Below are positions 63,665 through 64,000 of a stretch of DNA of 64,000 nucleotides, in pieces. Position 1 is the stretch's first letter. Each line of letters opens with the position of its first letter. Made by a program: the position numbers and the translations under genes. The notes under the pieces were generated by a model that saw nothing but the letters and a program-made list of their open reading frames with translations, had not been told where the DNA came from and did not search any database. Source of the stretch: Callorhinchus milii (Eukaryota); the NCBI RefSeq assembly GCF_018977255.1, contig NW_024704743.1, positions 23,500,001 through 23,564,000 on the forward strand, read 5' to 3'.

Positions 63665-64000
63665 ACAGATTTCCACCCTTCAGCCATGTTTTTCTGTTCC
63701 AAATCGACGCTAATAAAGGCCGGACACATTCCTGAAGCCAACATTGAGATGTGTTCTGGTGGTTGATGGCCATGGTTGTGGGCATTTCTGGAGTTTCATT
63801 CTGATAGGCTGCTCTTTTAATGTGTCTTTTCAGTTTATTATATCCCTTCCAGAGCTAATCATTCACACACTGAACTGATCAGCATTGATGTTCCCAGTTA
63901 GAAAAGCGTCACTCTTTAAAATTCAAAACTCTTTAACTCATTCTAGGTTAATCCACCGGACTTTAGACCTCCATATGCTGTAAATGGAAACATATTAACT

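Noticed and set aside
63351..63766. Recurrent ORFs such as MGKFPYSTRLIIIPPK... and ...VWSKETCPRF... suggesting a gene family
   Set aside because: These are translations of SINE copies, not genes.
1..64000. CRISPR array, operon or prokaryotic defence system
   Set aside because: The sequence is eukaryotic; repeats are dispersed retroposons with no regular repeat-spacer period.

Overview
AT-rich, repeat-dense vertebrate DNA, intronic or intergenic. The repeat set (tRNA-derived SINEs with L2-type tails, a Deu-domain SINE, L2 and CR1 LINE fragments) suggests a cartilaginous fish, possibly a chimaera; this is inference from recalled repeat families, not a database match. No host protein-coding gene can be called with confidence, and most listed ORFs are L2/CR1 reverse-transcriptase remnants, SINE read-through or chance. 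The best-supported 'system' is an L2 LINE/SINE partnership. Several L2 lineages and a tRNA-Ala-derived SINE share a 3' hairpin whose stems co-vary, and the most homogeneous SINE copies carry the loop of the best-preserved L2. There are many nested insertions, two of them at about the same SINE position. Weaker leads: a triple-hairpin cluster (2424-2520), a Copia-RNase-H-like peptide (4638-4715), a few candidate exons, a repeat-poor island with a STAT/AP-1/ETS motif cluster (29.5-32.1 kb), decayed local duplications and an unexplained 158-aa ORF. Repeat boundaries were read by eye and are approximate.
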